A DNA stretch of 36,843 nt from an uncultured Anaerolinea sp. (lineage in GTDB: Bacteria; Chloroflexota; Anaerolineae; Anaerolineales; Villigracilaceae), in the NCBI GenBank assembly GCA_964547115.1, contig CAZJMZ010000001.1, positions 1 through 36,843 of the forward strand, in the 5' to 3' direction. Made by a program: the position numbers and the translations under genes. This document shows, piece by piece, positions 19,290-29,135 of the stretch; position 1 is the first letter of the stretch, and the number at the start of each line of letters is the position of its first letter. The notes beneath the pieces are model-generated. The model did no database searches. It was not told where the DNA came from and saw only the letters and a program-made list of their open reading frames with translations.

Positions 19290-21037
19290 TCCTTTTCCGT
19301 CTTGAACTGGATCAGTACCTCAGAGCCGCCGAGCACACGCTCCAATTCCTGAGCGGTGGTTTGCAAGATATTCTCGATGCTCGAGGCGCGACTGATCTTG
19401 GAAGTGGCATCGGAGATCAAGCGTTCCTTGGCGGCCCGCCGCCGTGCATCCTGGAAGAGACGTGCGTTTTCAAGGGCAAAGGCTGCCCGTTCTGCAACTG
19501 CCTGTACGAGGCTGATCTCGTCACTCTGCCAGTTCTTTTCGATATCGCTGGCCTCCACCTGGATCACGCCAATGACTTCTCCCCGCAATTTGACAGGCAC
19601 AGCGACTGTAGCACGTTTCTCTCCCGACCCGTTGGCTTGATTCGCCACGATCTCACCGCTCCTGGCCGCCGAGACCAGTTCGGGGGTGGGTGGGGTGTCA
19701 GCCAGCATTTCGATTCGCCCGGTCTGGTAGCGGAAGCCGGTCTGCTCTGCGCGGGCCACAGTGCGGCTCCACTCGGCACGGGTAAATTCGTTATACACTT
19801 CCTCCACCTGGCGCAGGGCGGCGCGGGTTTCGGTGAGCAGGCGGGTGTTTTCCAGGGCAATCGATACCTGGTTGGCCAGGGTGGCGAGCAATTGCAGGTC
19901 TTCATCGTTGAAAGCACCCGGCTGTACGCTTTGTACGTCCAGCACGCCGATGGTTTCATTGCGGGTCTTCAACGGGAGCGCCGCTTCGGAGCGGGTGTTC
20001 GGGAGGTTGGGATTGTCGAAGAAAACCGCATCAGCCCCCACGTCGAGGGCGATGCGCGGCAGGCCCGTTTGGGCGGTGTAACCCACGACGCCGGTCCCAA
20101 GTTTGAGGCGATGTCCGCGTTTGAGCATTTCCTGCCCGCCAGCACTGTTTGCAGCCTGCAGGATGGCAAACTCCCGATCGGTATCCACGAGGAAGATACC
20201 GACGTGGTAAAAATCGAACCGCTCACTGATGAGTGTGGTGATGGTGGTGAACAGTTCGCCAAGGTCTTGCAAAACGGCGATGGCTTCGGAGATCTGGGTG
20301 ATGGCTTGCAGTTGTGCAGCACGATTGGATGTCTGTTGATTAGCTAGAGCCAGAGCGGCGGTACGTTCCTGAACGCGTTGTTCGAGTTCGTTGCTGAGTG
20401 ACTCGAGGTCGCGGTTGATCTTGCGTATTTCGGCAAAGCGCAAAGCTTCGGTTTGGTTGCGGAAGTTGCTCAACAGGATCAGCACGACGCCAATGACCAT
20501 GGTGACCCCGGCCAGGCCGCCTGCATTATCAGGAATGGGAATGCCAAACCATTGGATCGACAGCAGACCGCCGACGTTCAACCCGACCAGCAGGAAAACC
20601 GCCCAGCCTGAAAGAAAATTGCTGGCAACGATCAAGCTCAGCGGAACGTACACGAACACGTCGGCAGAAATGTCAGCCCGGCCAGACTGGCGGATAATAT
20701 CGATGTATGCGGATGCCCCAAAGATCAAGGTGAATAGAAAGACGCCCGCACGAAAGTTTTTTGTTTTGGCAAGCAGATAGGCAATAGGCAGGCCAATGAT
20801 GGGTGCCCCAAAACCTCCGAAGGCTTCGAGGTAACCGGTGCGTTGGGCCCCGGCAATGAACCCGCTGAGGTTGAGAAAGCCGATGACCAGAATCAGTGAA
20901 ATGGCCAGTTGGGCGGAACGTTGCTCACCGATCTCTTGAACCGATGGGTGTGGACGCGTTAACATGTTCCAGAAGCGCGCTAGCCAGCTCCGGTTGTTGA
21001 CTGTGGATGAGGTTGTGTCTGTGGTTGCCATGGTCAT
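19286..21037 (-). CDS. Membrane receptor 6: about 6-TM integral sensor, coiled coil, GAF, split-GAF tail
   Basis: Hydrophobic N-terminus; LEQRVQERT; GAF FYHVGIFLVD..NPNLPNTRSE. Confidence 0.87.
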   Translation of the reverse strand: MTMATTDTTSSTVNNRSWLARFWNMLTRPHPSVQEIGEQRSAQLAISLILVIGFLNLSGFIAGAQRTGYLEAFGGFGAPIIGLPIAYLLAKTKNFRAGVFLFTLIFGASAYIDIIRQSGRADISADVFVYVPLSLIVASNFLSGWAVFLLVGLNVGGLLSIQWFGIPIPDNAGGLAGVTMVIGVVLILLSNFRNQTEALRFAEIRKINRDLESLSNELEQRVQERTAALALANQQTSNRAAQLQAITQISEAIAVLQDLGELFTTITTLISERFDFYHVGIFLVDTDREFAILQAANSAGGQEMLKRGHRLKLGTGVVGYTAQTGLPRIALDVGADAVFFDNPNLPNTRSEAALPLKTRNETIGVLDVQSVQPGAFNDEDLQLLATLANQVSIALENTRLLTETRAALRQVEEVYNEFTRAEWSRTVARAEQTGFRYQTGRIEMLADTPPTPELVSAARSGEIVANQANGSGEKRATVAVPVKLRGEVIGVIQVEASDIEKNWQSDEISLVQAVAERAAFALENARLFQDARRRAAKERLISDATSKISRASSIENILQTTAQELERVLGGSEVLIQFKTEKE

Positions 21038-22737
21038 TCAGCCTTGGACGAGTCTGAGCCGTTCCCGGCCTGAGGTGGCGGGGAGGGCGGAGCGGAGGGG
21101 TTTACCAATTGGAAGGAAACGATCGAGCCGTTGAGCGCCTGTCCCAACTCTTCGACCGTATCGCGCAAGATCGAATCCAGTTGGAAGGTGGAGCCCAGTT
21201 TTGAACTGATCTCGGAAATACGTTGCTCGCGTGTAGCGCGTTTTTGGGCCTCATCCAGCAGGCGTGCGCCTTCCAGCGCAATCGCCATGCGCTCGGCAGT
21301 GGAGTCGATAATGGCCCGCTCGTCGGCACTCCATTGGCGGTTGGTGTCGGAAGCTTTTAGTTTCAACCGCCCGATGAGTTGCCCGCGCAGGCGTACGGGT
21401 ATGGTAAGTGTTTCCGGGGTGTCGCCTTTTGTGCCTGTGCGCAAGGGCTCAGACTTGACTCCGTCATAGCGATAGCCCTGTAGTGCAAGCATCTCGGTGT
21501 GTTGTTTCCAAGCCTGGCCGGTCAATTGGCTGGTGGCGAGCTCCACTTCCAGCAGGGCACGTTGGGCTTTTTCGAGCGACCTTGCATTTTGAATGGCTAC
21601 TGAGACCTGATCCGCAAGGATGGAAAAGATCTCAACATCCTGCTCTGAAAACGCATTCTGTGTTTTGGATTGAATATCCAAAACACCGATGATTTCGCCG
21701 CCAAATCTTAAGGGCAAAGACATCTCTGATTGCGTTTCGGGGAGATCGGGGTTGTTGAAGAATACGGCTTCCTCGCCGACGTTTAAGGCGATCCGGGGTG
21801 TGCCACGCGCTGCCACATACCCCACCATGCCCTGTGCGCCTACCTTGAGGCGATGTTCGCGAGCCAGCATTTTGGCGCCGCCTTCGCTGTTGGCTGCGCT
21901 CAATACGGCGTATTCCCGATTGTTCTCTATGAGAAAGATGCCCACATGATAAAAACCAAAGCGTTCGCTGATGTCTCTTGTAAAGGTCGTGAGCAATTCA
22001 TTGAGATTGTTGGCTGAGGCGGCCGAACGGGCGGTCTTGGCGATTGTTTCCAATTGTGATGCACGTTTTTGAATTTGGTTCGTGCTTTCTGCCAATTCCG
22101 CAGTACGTTCCTGCACACGCTTTTCCAGGTCGGTGTTCAATTGCAGCAACAAGGTGTCGTTCAAATGTGCCTGTGCCAAAGACTCGTTGATCCTCCGCAA
22201 TGCGAGAGTTAGCAGCGTCGCAACCAGAACTGCATTGACGGAAAAGATAATGGGTTGTTGCACAGTGAGCGTCAGATTGGCGGGGGGCAGCTTGCCATTC
22301 AATTCCAGCCATTGAACGGATGAAAACAGAAGCACAATAGTGGCAGCGGCCCAATACGCCGCCGACCGGCCAAGGATCAACCCACTCATGATGATTACAG
22401 CGACGTACAAAGCCACGCCCGGAGCCCGAACGGTACCTCCTTGTATCAGGACCAGGGTTAATGTAGCCGTGAAAAACAGGATGGTGAAGATGCCGCTGAG
22501 GCGGACGTACCCCAGGCGCATGACAATATTCAAGCCCAGTAATAGACCCAGAAAAACCGAAACGATCACATAGCCTTGCAGAGGGACTGTGCCACCGGCC
22601 CAAAATGCCAGCAAAGCGACCAGTGTGAGAATGGTCAGCCCGACCAAAACCGTATTGAGCAGTTCGGCGGCGCGCGTCTTTTCCTCATCATTGGGAAAGA
22701 CCGGAGGAGTCAACAGTTTTCTAAAGATATTCGCCAT
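21034..22737 (-). CDS. Membrane receptor 5: about 6-TM integral sensor, coiled coil, GAF, split-GAF tail
   Basis: Hydrophobic N-terminus; LEKRVQERT; GAF FYHVGIFLIE..NPDLPETQSE. Confidence 0.87.
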   Translation of the reverse strand: MANIFRKLLTPPVFPNDEEKTRAAELLNTVLVGLTILTLVALLAFWAGGTVPLQGYVIVSVFLGLLLGLNIVMRLGYVRLSGIFTILFFTATLTLVLIQGGTVRAPGVALYVAVIIMSGLILGRSAAYWAAATIVLLFSSVQWLELNGKLPPANLTLTVQQPIIFSVNAVLVATLLTLALRRINESLAQAHLNDTLLLQLNTDLEKRVQERTAELAESTNQIQKRASQLETIAKTARSAASANNLNELLTTFTRDISERFGFYHVGIFLIENNREYAVLSAANSEGGAKMLAREHRLKVGAQGMVGYVAARGTPRIALNVGEEAVFFNNPDLPETQSEMSLPLRFGGEIIGVLDIQSKTQNAFSEQDVEIFSILADQVSVAIQNARSLEKAQRALLEVELATSQLTGQAWKQHTEMLALQGYRYDGVKSEPLRTGTKGDTPETLTIPVRLRGQLIGRLKLKASDTNRQWSADERAIIDSTAERMAIALEGARLLDEAQKRATREQRISEISSKLGSTFQLDSILRDTVEELGQALNGSIVSFQLVNPSAPPSPPPQAGNGSDSSKAE

Positions 22738-22739
22738 AA

Positions 22740-24455
22740 TTATTCCTGCTGAGCGGGGTCCTCTGGCTCAAGTTCAAAGGTCACTTCGTTGGCACTGCCG
22801 ATGCGGCGGCCCAATTCTTCGACTGCGGTCTGCATGATCGCTTCAAGATTGCTCACCGCACCAATGCGAGCCGAGATCTCGCCGATCGTGCGTTCGCGAT
22901 ACGCCCGGCGTTGGGCGGTTTCGACGAGGCGGGCATTTTCAAGGGCCAGCGCGGCGCGTTCTGCAGCGGATTCGAGCATGGTCAACTCATCGCGAGTCCA
23001 GCGTCGGTCACCCTTTTTGGATTTAACATCCAGAAAGCCGACGGTATGCCCGCGGAATTTAATGGGGACGGATACGTGATTCGTCTCTTTCTCCAACGAG
23101 AGCCTGCCCGTCTGCGCCAGGGCCTTGACCTTCGCCTGTTGGTTGCCTGTGCGCAAGGGTGTAGTACGGTTGCCGTCGAAGATATACCCGGCGCTTTTGA
23201 TGGTCTGGGCGAAGGAGCTCCATTCCTGTTTGACATAGCGCTCGAAGCTGCGTTCGGCTTCGGCAAGAGCGTTACGCGCTTCGCTGAACAAGCGGGCATT
23301 TTCGATCGCGATGGCCACCTGGTCGGCGAGGATCTCAAGGGTGGCGATATCGTCTGTGCTAAAGGCATTGGGCTGAGTGCTCTGCACATCGAGCACGCCG
23401 ATGACCTGTTGACCAACGCGCAGCGGCAGGGCCATTTCGGAGCGGGTGTCGGGGAGGTCGGGGTTGTTGAAGTAAACAGAATCAGCCCCAACGTCGAGGG
23501 CGATGCGCGTTTCAGATCGGGAGGCCGCGTAGCCCACAATGCTATTGCCGTCGAGTCGCAGGCTGTGTTGACGGTCGAGCATCCGCTGGCCGCCCTCACT
23601 GTTGGTGGCGCGCAGGACAGCGTTTTCATACGCGTCGTCCACAAGGAAGATGCCTGCGTGGTAGTAGTTGAAGCGGACGCTGACGAGTCGGGTGATGGTG
23701 GGGAGCAGGGTCTCGAGATTCTGAACCGAGGCGATCGAGCGGGCTACCGCCGAGATGGCTTCGATCTGGTTGGCGCGGTTTTGAATTTGAGTTGTGCGCT
23801 CTTCTACGCGTTGTTCGAGATTGCTGCGTAATTGATCCAGTTCTCTGTTCTGTTCGCGCAGGATCTGCTCGTTCTTGCGAGAGGCGTTCAGGTTGCGTTG
23901 GTAGTTGGACGAGGCAATGAACATGACGGCTGCAACGGCGATAAGCGTGAAGGCAAAGTTCAAGAAGGTTGAGCGTGCAAGGTCGGCTGGCTGAACCGGA
24001 GGCAGGATTTTGAACTGGTCGATGTAATACATCGCACTCACCAACAGGATGAGGATGGTGCCGTAGACGGATGACCCACGCTGCGGGAAGAGCAGGTTGG
24101 CCATGGCGAGCAGGAAGAGCAAAGTAAAGACCGTGGGTTGGGCTATACCGCCTGTGACCAGAAGCACGCCAAAAATATTGATGGTGTTGAGAGATAAAAT
24201 GATGAGCTTGGCCGGCGTGAGCTGGCCCCGTTTGACCAGTTGAATGGTAACCAGCCAGAAGAGAATGCCAAGGCTTGTGGCACCCAGGGCGATCTCACGG
24301 GCAGGTGAAGGGAGCAACAGGATGAGCGGCACCGAAAGCGCAGCGAGGAAGAGCAGGGCCACCGCGACACGGTGAGTGGTCAGCGCGTCCTGTGTTTTTT
24401 CAGGGTCGCCTGCAAAGATGGGGGCTCGAAGAAAACGGATCATAGGCTCGATCAT
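22740..24455 (-). CDS. Membrane receptor 4: about 6-TM integral sensor, coiled coil, GAF, split-GAF tail
   Basis: Hydrophobic N-terminus; LEQRVEERT; GAF YYHAGIFLVD..NPDLPDTRSE. Confidence 0.87.
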   Translation of the reverse strand: MIEPMIRFLRAPIFAGDPEKTQDALTTHRVAVALLFLAALSVPLILLLPSPAREIALGATSLGILFWLVTIQLVKRGQLTPAKLIILSLNTINIFGVLLVTGGIAQPTVFTLLFLLAMANLLFPQRGSSVYGTILILLVSAMYYIDQFKILPPVQPADLARSTFLNFAFTLIAVAAVMFIASSNYQRNLNASRKNEQILREQNRELDQLRSNLEQRVEERTTQIQNRANQIEAISAVARSIASVQNLETLLPTITRLVSVRFNYYHAGIFLVDDAYENAVLRATNSEGGQRMLDRQHSLRLDGNSIVGYAASRSETRIALDVGADSVYFNNPDLPDTRSEMALPLRVGQQVIGVLDVQSTQPNAFSTDDIATLEILADQVAIAIENARLFSEARNALAEAERSFERYVKQEWSSFAQTIKSAGYIFDGNRTTPLRTGNQQAKVKALAQTGRLSLEKETNHVSVPIKFRGHTVGFLDVKSKKGDRRWTRDELTMLESAAERAALALENARLVETAQRRAYRERTIGEISARIGAVSNLEAIMQTAVEELGRRIGSANEVTFELEPEDPAQQE

Positions 24456-24467
24456 ATGTGGTTTGTT

Positions 24468-27239
24468 TTACACAGTGTCCTGGTTGTCAACGATTTGGAT
24501 GCTGACTTCTGAATCGCCGAGCACCCGGCCCACTTCCTCCACGGTGGTGCGGAGGATGGCGTCGAATTCGGTGGTGGCGGTGATGCTGGATGCGATCTGG
24601 GCAATGGTTTGTTCGCGGTCGGCACGCAGGCGGGCCTCTTCGTAGAGGCGAGCGCTCTCAAGCGAAAGAGCCAGACGTTCAATGGCCAGTTCGAGCGTGT
24701 TGATGGTGTTTTGGGTGTAGCCGTCTTTCAGTGTGGCAGAAACCACCCCGATGGTTTGTCCGCGCAGCTTGATGGGTATGGCAACCTTGCCGGCGTTGGT
24801 GATGAGTTGACTCCCGTTACTGTTGGCGCGTACGATCGAGACGCCAGTTTCCATAGCCTGGGTGCCGAGATCAGGCACATCACTAATGGCCTGAATGCGG
24901 ACATTGTCAAAGCGATATCCGGCTTTGGAGAGCAGGCCGCTATCGCTCAAGGAGCGCCAGCCTTCGCGGGTGAACTGGCCGTAGGCACGTTCAAGGTCTT
25001 TAAGCGTCTCTTCGCTTTGTTGCAGAAGGTTGGTGCGTTCGATGGCCGTGGCCAGCAAGTCGGCCAGGATCTGCATGATGGCAATATCTTCTTTGCCGAA
25101 GGCCTGGGGTTTTTCACTTTGCACATCAAGCACGCCAATGATGCGGCCCTCAGATTTGAGCGGCAACGCCATTTCGGAGCGGGTGTTGGGAAGGAAGGGA
25201 TTGTCGAAGTACACCGCATCAGCCCCGGTGTCGAGCGATATGCGCGGCTCGCCGTTCGAGGCGACGCGCCCTACAATACCCACTTCGCCCACGCGCAATT
25301 TGTGCCCATTGGCGATCATCTGTTTGCCGGCCTGGGTGGGGGAGGCGGTCAGGACGGCGTATTCCCCGTTGTTATCGAGCAGGAAGATTCCGGTGTGATA
25401 GAAGCCGAAACGTTCCTGGATCAAACTCCCGGCTTTACTGAGCAGTTCTGTCAAATTGTGAGAGGAGGCTGCATCGCGCGCGACTTCAGCAGCAGCACGC
25501 AGACGGCCTGTCTGGTCTTCGAGTTCGCGGGTGCGGTCAGAGACGCGTTGTTCGAGCCTGCCAATGGTGTCTTGAAGCTGGCCGGCCATCTGGTCGTAGG
25601 TGCGTCCCAGTGCGCCAATCTCGTCCTGGCGGTTGAGGTTGGCGCGAATGGCAAATTCACCGGTGGCGAAACTTTCGGCGGTGCGGGCCAGCGCGCTGAT
25701 CGGTTCGGTGATCGAAGCGGATGAAATGGCAACTGCACCGATGGCAATAATGATGGCAAAGAATGCCAGGGAAGCGCTGCCCAGCAGGGAGTTGAGGGAA
25801 CTGGCGATCAAGTAGGAACGGGGCACTTCGGCAATAAATGCCAGGTTCAAAGATTCCAGTTGTTGGTAATAACCCAATACGATATCGCCCGTGTAACCCT
25901 CGTATGTTCCGCGCCCTTCACGGATGGGCGCCGGCCCGAGCAGGCTTTCAGATGCTTGTGTGCGCACCACCTGGGTCAGCACGCGAGTCCTGGTGACGGG
26001 GAAATAATCCCGGTCAAGTAAGTAGGCTTCCAGTTCAGGGAAAGTGGGAGTTTGTTCGATGATGTCTTTTACCAAACTGGCGCGCGTACGCAAGACAAGA
26101 ATACCGCGCACCACGGTGCCATCTGTATCGTATAGCGGTGTGGAAAACACCAGGTTGGAATCGCGGAAATTGGGGTTTTCGGAGAAGCCCGCATATGTGC
26201 CAATGCTACCTTCGCGGTAGAACAGTTCAGATTGGTAATTGCGGCCTTCCCGCTCGGGGTTGCTGGAGATGACCACATCTCCGAGTAGGTTGAGCATCAT
26301 GATCTCTTCGGCCGGGGTATTCGTGTTCAAGTAACTTTGCAAGCGGCTGCGCGCAAACGTGCGGTAAACATCGATTGTTGCCTCTCCGGTGTCACCGGCC
26401 AGCAGGCGCAAAGCCGTTTGCGAGGTGGAAAGTTCGCGGCTGATACGTTCCACATCGATCTTGTAGTTGTTGACGACCTGGTCAACCTGTTGTTCCTTCA
26501 GGTTCGAAACCGTGGCCAAAACGTTGAGGAGCTGGTTCTGATTGTTTACATACGCTCCAACTGCTGAGAGAACGGTGGCCAACACGGTGGGGATGGTTAC
26601 GATGATGACGAAAGATGTTAGCAATTGCAGGCGCAGGCTGCGATATGACCGGCTTTGCGCGATCACAGTAACTGTGAAGAGTAACAGGCCGGTGGTCCCT
26701 AAAAATGCCAGGCTGGTGATGGCAGGTGTGCTGTCGGTAGCCAAGCGATCGAGGAGAGGGTAGCCATTGGCGAACCAAATACCCACCAAACCACCCAACA
26801 CCAGGAGCACCATTGGCAAGATGGAACGCCGCGGCAGCCCCGACCGAATTGCGATCAGAGGGGTGACGAAGATTACCACCGTAACGACTGGGGCGATCCC
26901 CTCCCAGAAAACAGTTAACAGGATCGCCGGTACGATGATCGACAACGAACCCATCAGGTAGGCGTTCACACCTTTTCCGGCGCGCGCCAGATTGACCGCA
27001 GGAATCTGTAAAACTGCCGCCAACCCGATCGATCCGGCGATAAACAAGAGTTGGTAGGTATTCTGCCCCAGTACATTGAAGCGGGTCAGCAGGTAAATGA
27101 CAATAAAGCCCAGCGCCGTCACCGCCAGAAAGACAGGGTTATACCGGCCAGAGCTGTAAAAAGCCTGGGCCAGGGCTTCATTGCGCCGTTGATATTCGTC
27201 AGATGAGTTGAGTGTCTGCTGAGGTTGCATGGCGCTCAT
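24468..27239 (-). CDS. Membrane receptor 3: multi-TM, dCache-like sensor, TM, HAMP, GAF, split-GAF tail
   Basis: About 6-7 N-terminal TMs; Cache-like EEIMMLNLLGDVVISS..FSTPLYD; HAMP DEIGALGRTYDQM; GAF FYHTGIFLLD..NPFLPNTRSE. Confidence 0.87.
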   Translation of the reverse strand: MSAMQPQQTLNSSDEYQRRNEALAQAFYSSGRYNPVFLAVTALGFIVIYLLTRFNVLGQNTYQLLFIAGSIGLAAVLQIPAVNLARAGKGVNAYLMGSLSIIVPAILLTVFWEGIAPVVTVVIFVTPLIAIRSGLPRRSILPMVLLVLGGLVGIWFANGYPLLDRLATDSTPAITSLAFLGTTGLLLFTVTVIAQSRSYRSLRLQLLTSFVIIVTIPTVLATVLSAVGAYVNNQNQLLNVLATVSNLKEQQVDQVVNNYKIDVERISRELSTSQTALRLLAGDTGEATIDVYRTFARSRLQSYLNTNTPAEEIMMLNLLGDVVISSNPEREGRNYQSELFYREGSIGTYAGFSENPNFRDSNLVFSTPLYDTDGTVVRGILVLRTRASLVKDIIEQTPTFPELEAYLLDRDYFPVTRTRVLTQVVRTQASESLLGPAPIREGRGTYEGYTGDIVLGYYQQLESLNLAFIAEVPRSYLIASSLNSLLGSASLAFFAIIIAIGAVAISSASITEPISALARTAESFATGEFAIRANLNRQDEIGALGRTYDQMAGQLQDTIGRLEQRVSDRTRELEDQTGRLRAAAEVARDAASSHNLTELLSKAGSLIQERFGFYHTGIFLLDNNGEYAVLTASPTQAGKQMIANGHKLRVGEVGIVGRVASNGEPRISLDTGADAVYFDNPFLPNTRSEMALPLKSEGRIIGVLDVQSEKPQAFGKEDIAIMQILADLLATAIERTNLLQQSEETLKDLERAYGQFTREGWRSLSDSGLLSKAGYRFDNVRIQAISDVPDLGTQAMETGVSIVRANSNGSQLITNAGKVAIPIKLRGQTIGVVSATLKDGYTQNTINTLELAIERLALSLESARLYEEARLRADREQTIAQIASSITATTEFDAILRTTVEEVGRVLGDSEVSIQIVDNQDTV

Positions 27240-29101
27240 CCTGTCGTCCGGCGGGTGCGGCGTTGTTTTTGTGGGGTTTGTTCCGGCATCTGGCCGATGT
27301 ACACAGAAACCTCCGCCACATCAGGCAACTGGCCCAACTCGCGTGCAGCGGTTTGCAACAAGCTGTCGAGATCAAGTGAGCGGCTGAAGCGTGTGGCAAG
27401 TTCGCCAATGGTTTGCTCCTGGCGCGCACGCAACTGCGCATCTTCCAGCAGGCGCAGATTGTCCACCGCCAGGCCCACCTGCCCAGCCACCTCGTTGATC
27501 AGATCTTCATCCAGCTTGCTCCAGTGGCTCTGATCTTTGCGGGCGATGGCAATCGAACCGATCTTTTGACCACGCAGGGTGATCTCGGCCTTCAGACGAT
27601 TTTCGGCGGTTGAAGGCTCGATGGATGTATCTGCCCGGATACCCAGCGGGGTGTATGTAAAGCCGCGGGCGCGTTCCTCGAGCAACTTCTGCCACGCTTC
27701 ACGCGTGCGGACGGTTGATACTGCTTCGAGCTGCATGATCGCCGCCTGCGATTCGCTTAGCAAGCGCGTATCTTCAATTGCCACTGCCACTTGATCGGCG
27801 AGAGTCTGAAGCACGTCAATATCGTCCAGGCGAAAAGCCTGAGGCTGGTCCGATTGAATATCGAGGACCCCCACCACCTTGTTGCGGACAATGAGCGGCA
27901 GGGCCACTTCGGAACGAGTGAGCGGGAGGTCGGGGTTGTTGAAGTAAACTGCGTCCGAGCCCACGTCCAACGCGATGCGCGGACTCTTTTGTGCGGCCGC
28001 GTAGCCCACGATGCCTTGACTCCCGACAGCGAGCGCGTGTCCACGTGCGAGCATGCGTTTGCCGCCCTCAGAGGAGGCTGCCTGCAAAATGGCTTCATCA
28101 CCGCTTTCATTGATGAGGAAGATGCCGGCATGGTAAAAGCCAAATTGGTCGGTGATGAGGTTTGTCACAATTTCCAGCAGGGAGGTGAGATCCTGCACGT
28201 TTGCGCTTTGCCGGGCAATAAAGGATGCGGCGCGGAGCTGGTCGGTCTTTTTGGTAAGACCGGCGGTGCGTTCCTCCACACGTTGTTCGAGGTCATTGAT
28301 AAGGCCGTTGAGGTTTTCGGCCATGGAGTTGAAATCCTGCGCCAGTTGGGCCAGTTCGCGGGTTTGAGGAAAGTTAGTGATGCGGAATTTGAACTCGCCT
28401 TTGCTGATGCGGTCGGCTATATCGCGCAGGCCGACGATCGGGCTGGCGATATAGCTGGCGGCAATGTAGCTGCCGATACCCACAAACACCAGTGAGATCA
28501 GGAAAATGCCGAACAGCCGGAAGAAGTAGGTACGTTCCTGGGCGACCACCGTGTTGGCGGAAATATCCACGCCCAGCACACCTACCTTGGCACCTTGTGA
28601 GTCGTAAATGGGTGCATAGGCTGAGAGAAAGGTGCCGAATTCGTCGGTGTAGAAATCTGGTTCGGTGACCGTACTGGTCATGCTATCGAAACTGGCTTTT
28701 AGCAGATCACTGGCTGTATCGTAGCGGTCTCCAAATTCCGAGATTTTGTCCTCTTCGGGAGTGATACGCGCATCGACTACAAAATAGATGCCCTGTGCGT
28801 CTTTGCGTAGGGTGTAGACGAAGCGCAGATCAGGGTCGCTGCGTTTGATGGCGGCGTTGCGTGCCAGGATGATGTTGTAGAAGGAGTCGTTTTGGGCGGC
28901 AACTTGTACCAGTTCGTCGCCGTTCTGTTGCAGGGCGGCAAGGGTGGTGATGTTTTCAAGACGATGGCGCAGGGTGTTCCGCAGTTCGCTTCGGAAGTTG
29001 AAATATAGGATGGCGGTCAGGAGCGCCATGAATAAACCGGCGAGCAGGGTGACGACGAGAGTAAGCCTGGAGCGAAAGGTGGGGAGGTGTTTGGGGTCCA
29101 T
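27236..29101 (-). CDS. Membrane receptor 2: TM, Cache-like sensor, TM, HAMP, GAF, split-GAF tail
   Basis: Sensor paralogous to that of 10500..12428 (FLSAYAPIYD..VGVLGVDIS); HAMP ELAQLAQDFNSM; GAF with NPDLPLTRSE. Confidence 0.88.
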   Translation of the reverse strand: MDPKHLPTFRSRLTLVVTLLAGLFMALLTAILYFNFRSELRNTLRHRLENITTLAALQQNGDELVQVAAQNDSFYNIILARNAAIKRSDPDLRFVYTLRKDAQGIYFVVDARITPEEDKISEFGDRYDTASDLLKASFDSMTSTVTEPDFYTDEFGTFLSAYAPIYDSQGAKVGVLGVDISANTVVAQERTYFFRLFGIFLISLVFVGIGSYIAASYIASPIVGLRDIADRISKGEFKFRITNFPQTRELAQLAQDFNSMAENLNGLINDLEQRVEERTAGLTKKTDQLRAASFIARQSANVQDLTSLLEIVTNLITDQFGFYHAGIFLINESGDEAILQAASSEGGKRMLARGHALAVGSQGIVGYAAAQKSPRIALDVGSDAVYFNNPDLPLTRSEVALPLIVRNKVVGVLDIQSDQPQAFRLDDIDVLQTLADQVAVAIEDTRLLSESQAAIMQLEAVSTVRTREAWQKLLEERARGFTYTPLGIRADTSIEPSTAENRLKAEITLRGQKIGSIAIARKDQSHWSKLDEDLINEVAGQVGLAVDNLRLLEDAQLRARQEQTIGELATRFSRSLDLDSLLQTAARELGQLPDVAEVSVYIGQMPEQTPQKQRRTRRTTG

Positions 29102-29135
29102 GCGTGAGGTTCAGGAGAGTCTGTGGCAGGGTAGG

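Noticed and set aside
13800-26500. Assigning amino-acid ligands to the dCache-like sensors of receptors 3 and 9
   Set aside because: The amino-acid-binding dCache motif (Y..R.WY...Y...D) is not evident in either, so ligands cannot be inferred.
11180-27990. CRISPR array or non-coding repeat family suggested by recurring ~40-nt sequences
   Set aside because: Copies are kilobases apart, in frame within coding sequence and vary mainly at synonymous positions.
12690-28495. Long plus-strand ORFs (e.g. 12690..13442, 19214..20347, 22911..23831, 24609..25724, 27791..28495) that resemble each other
   Set aside because: Antisense shadows of the conserved GAF coding regions in GC-rich DNA; their mutual similarity is inherited from the real minus-strand genes.
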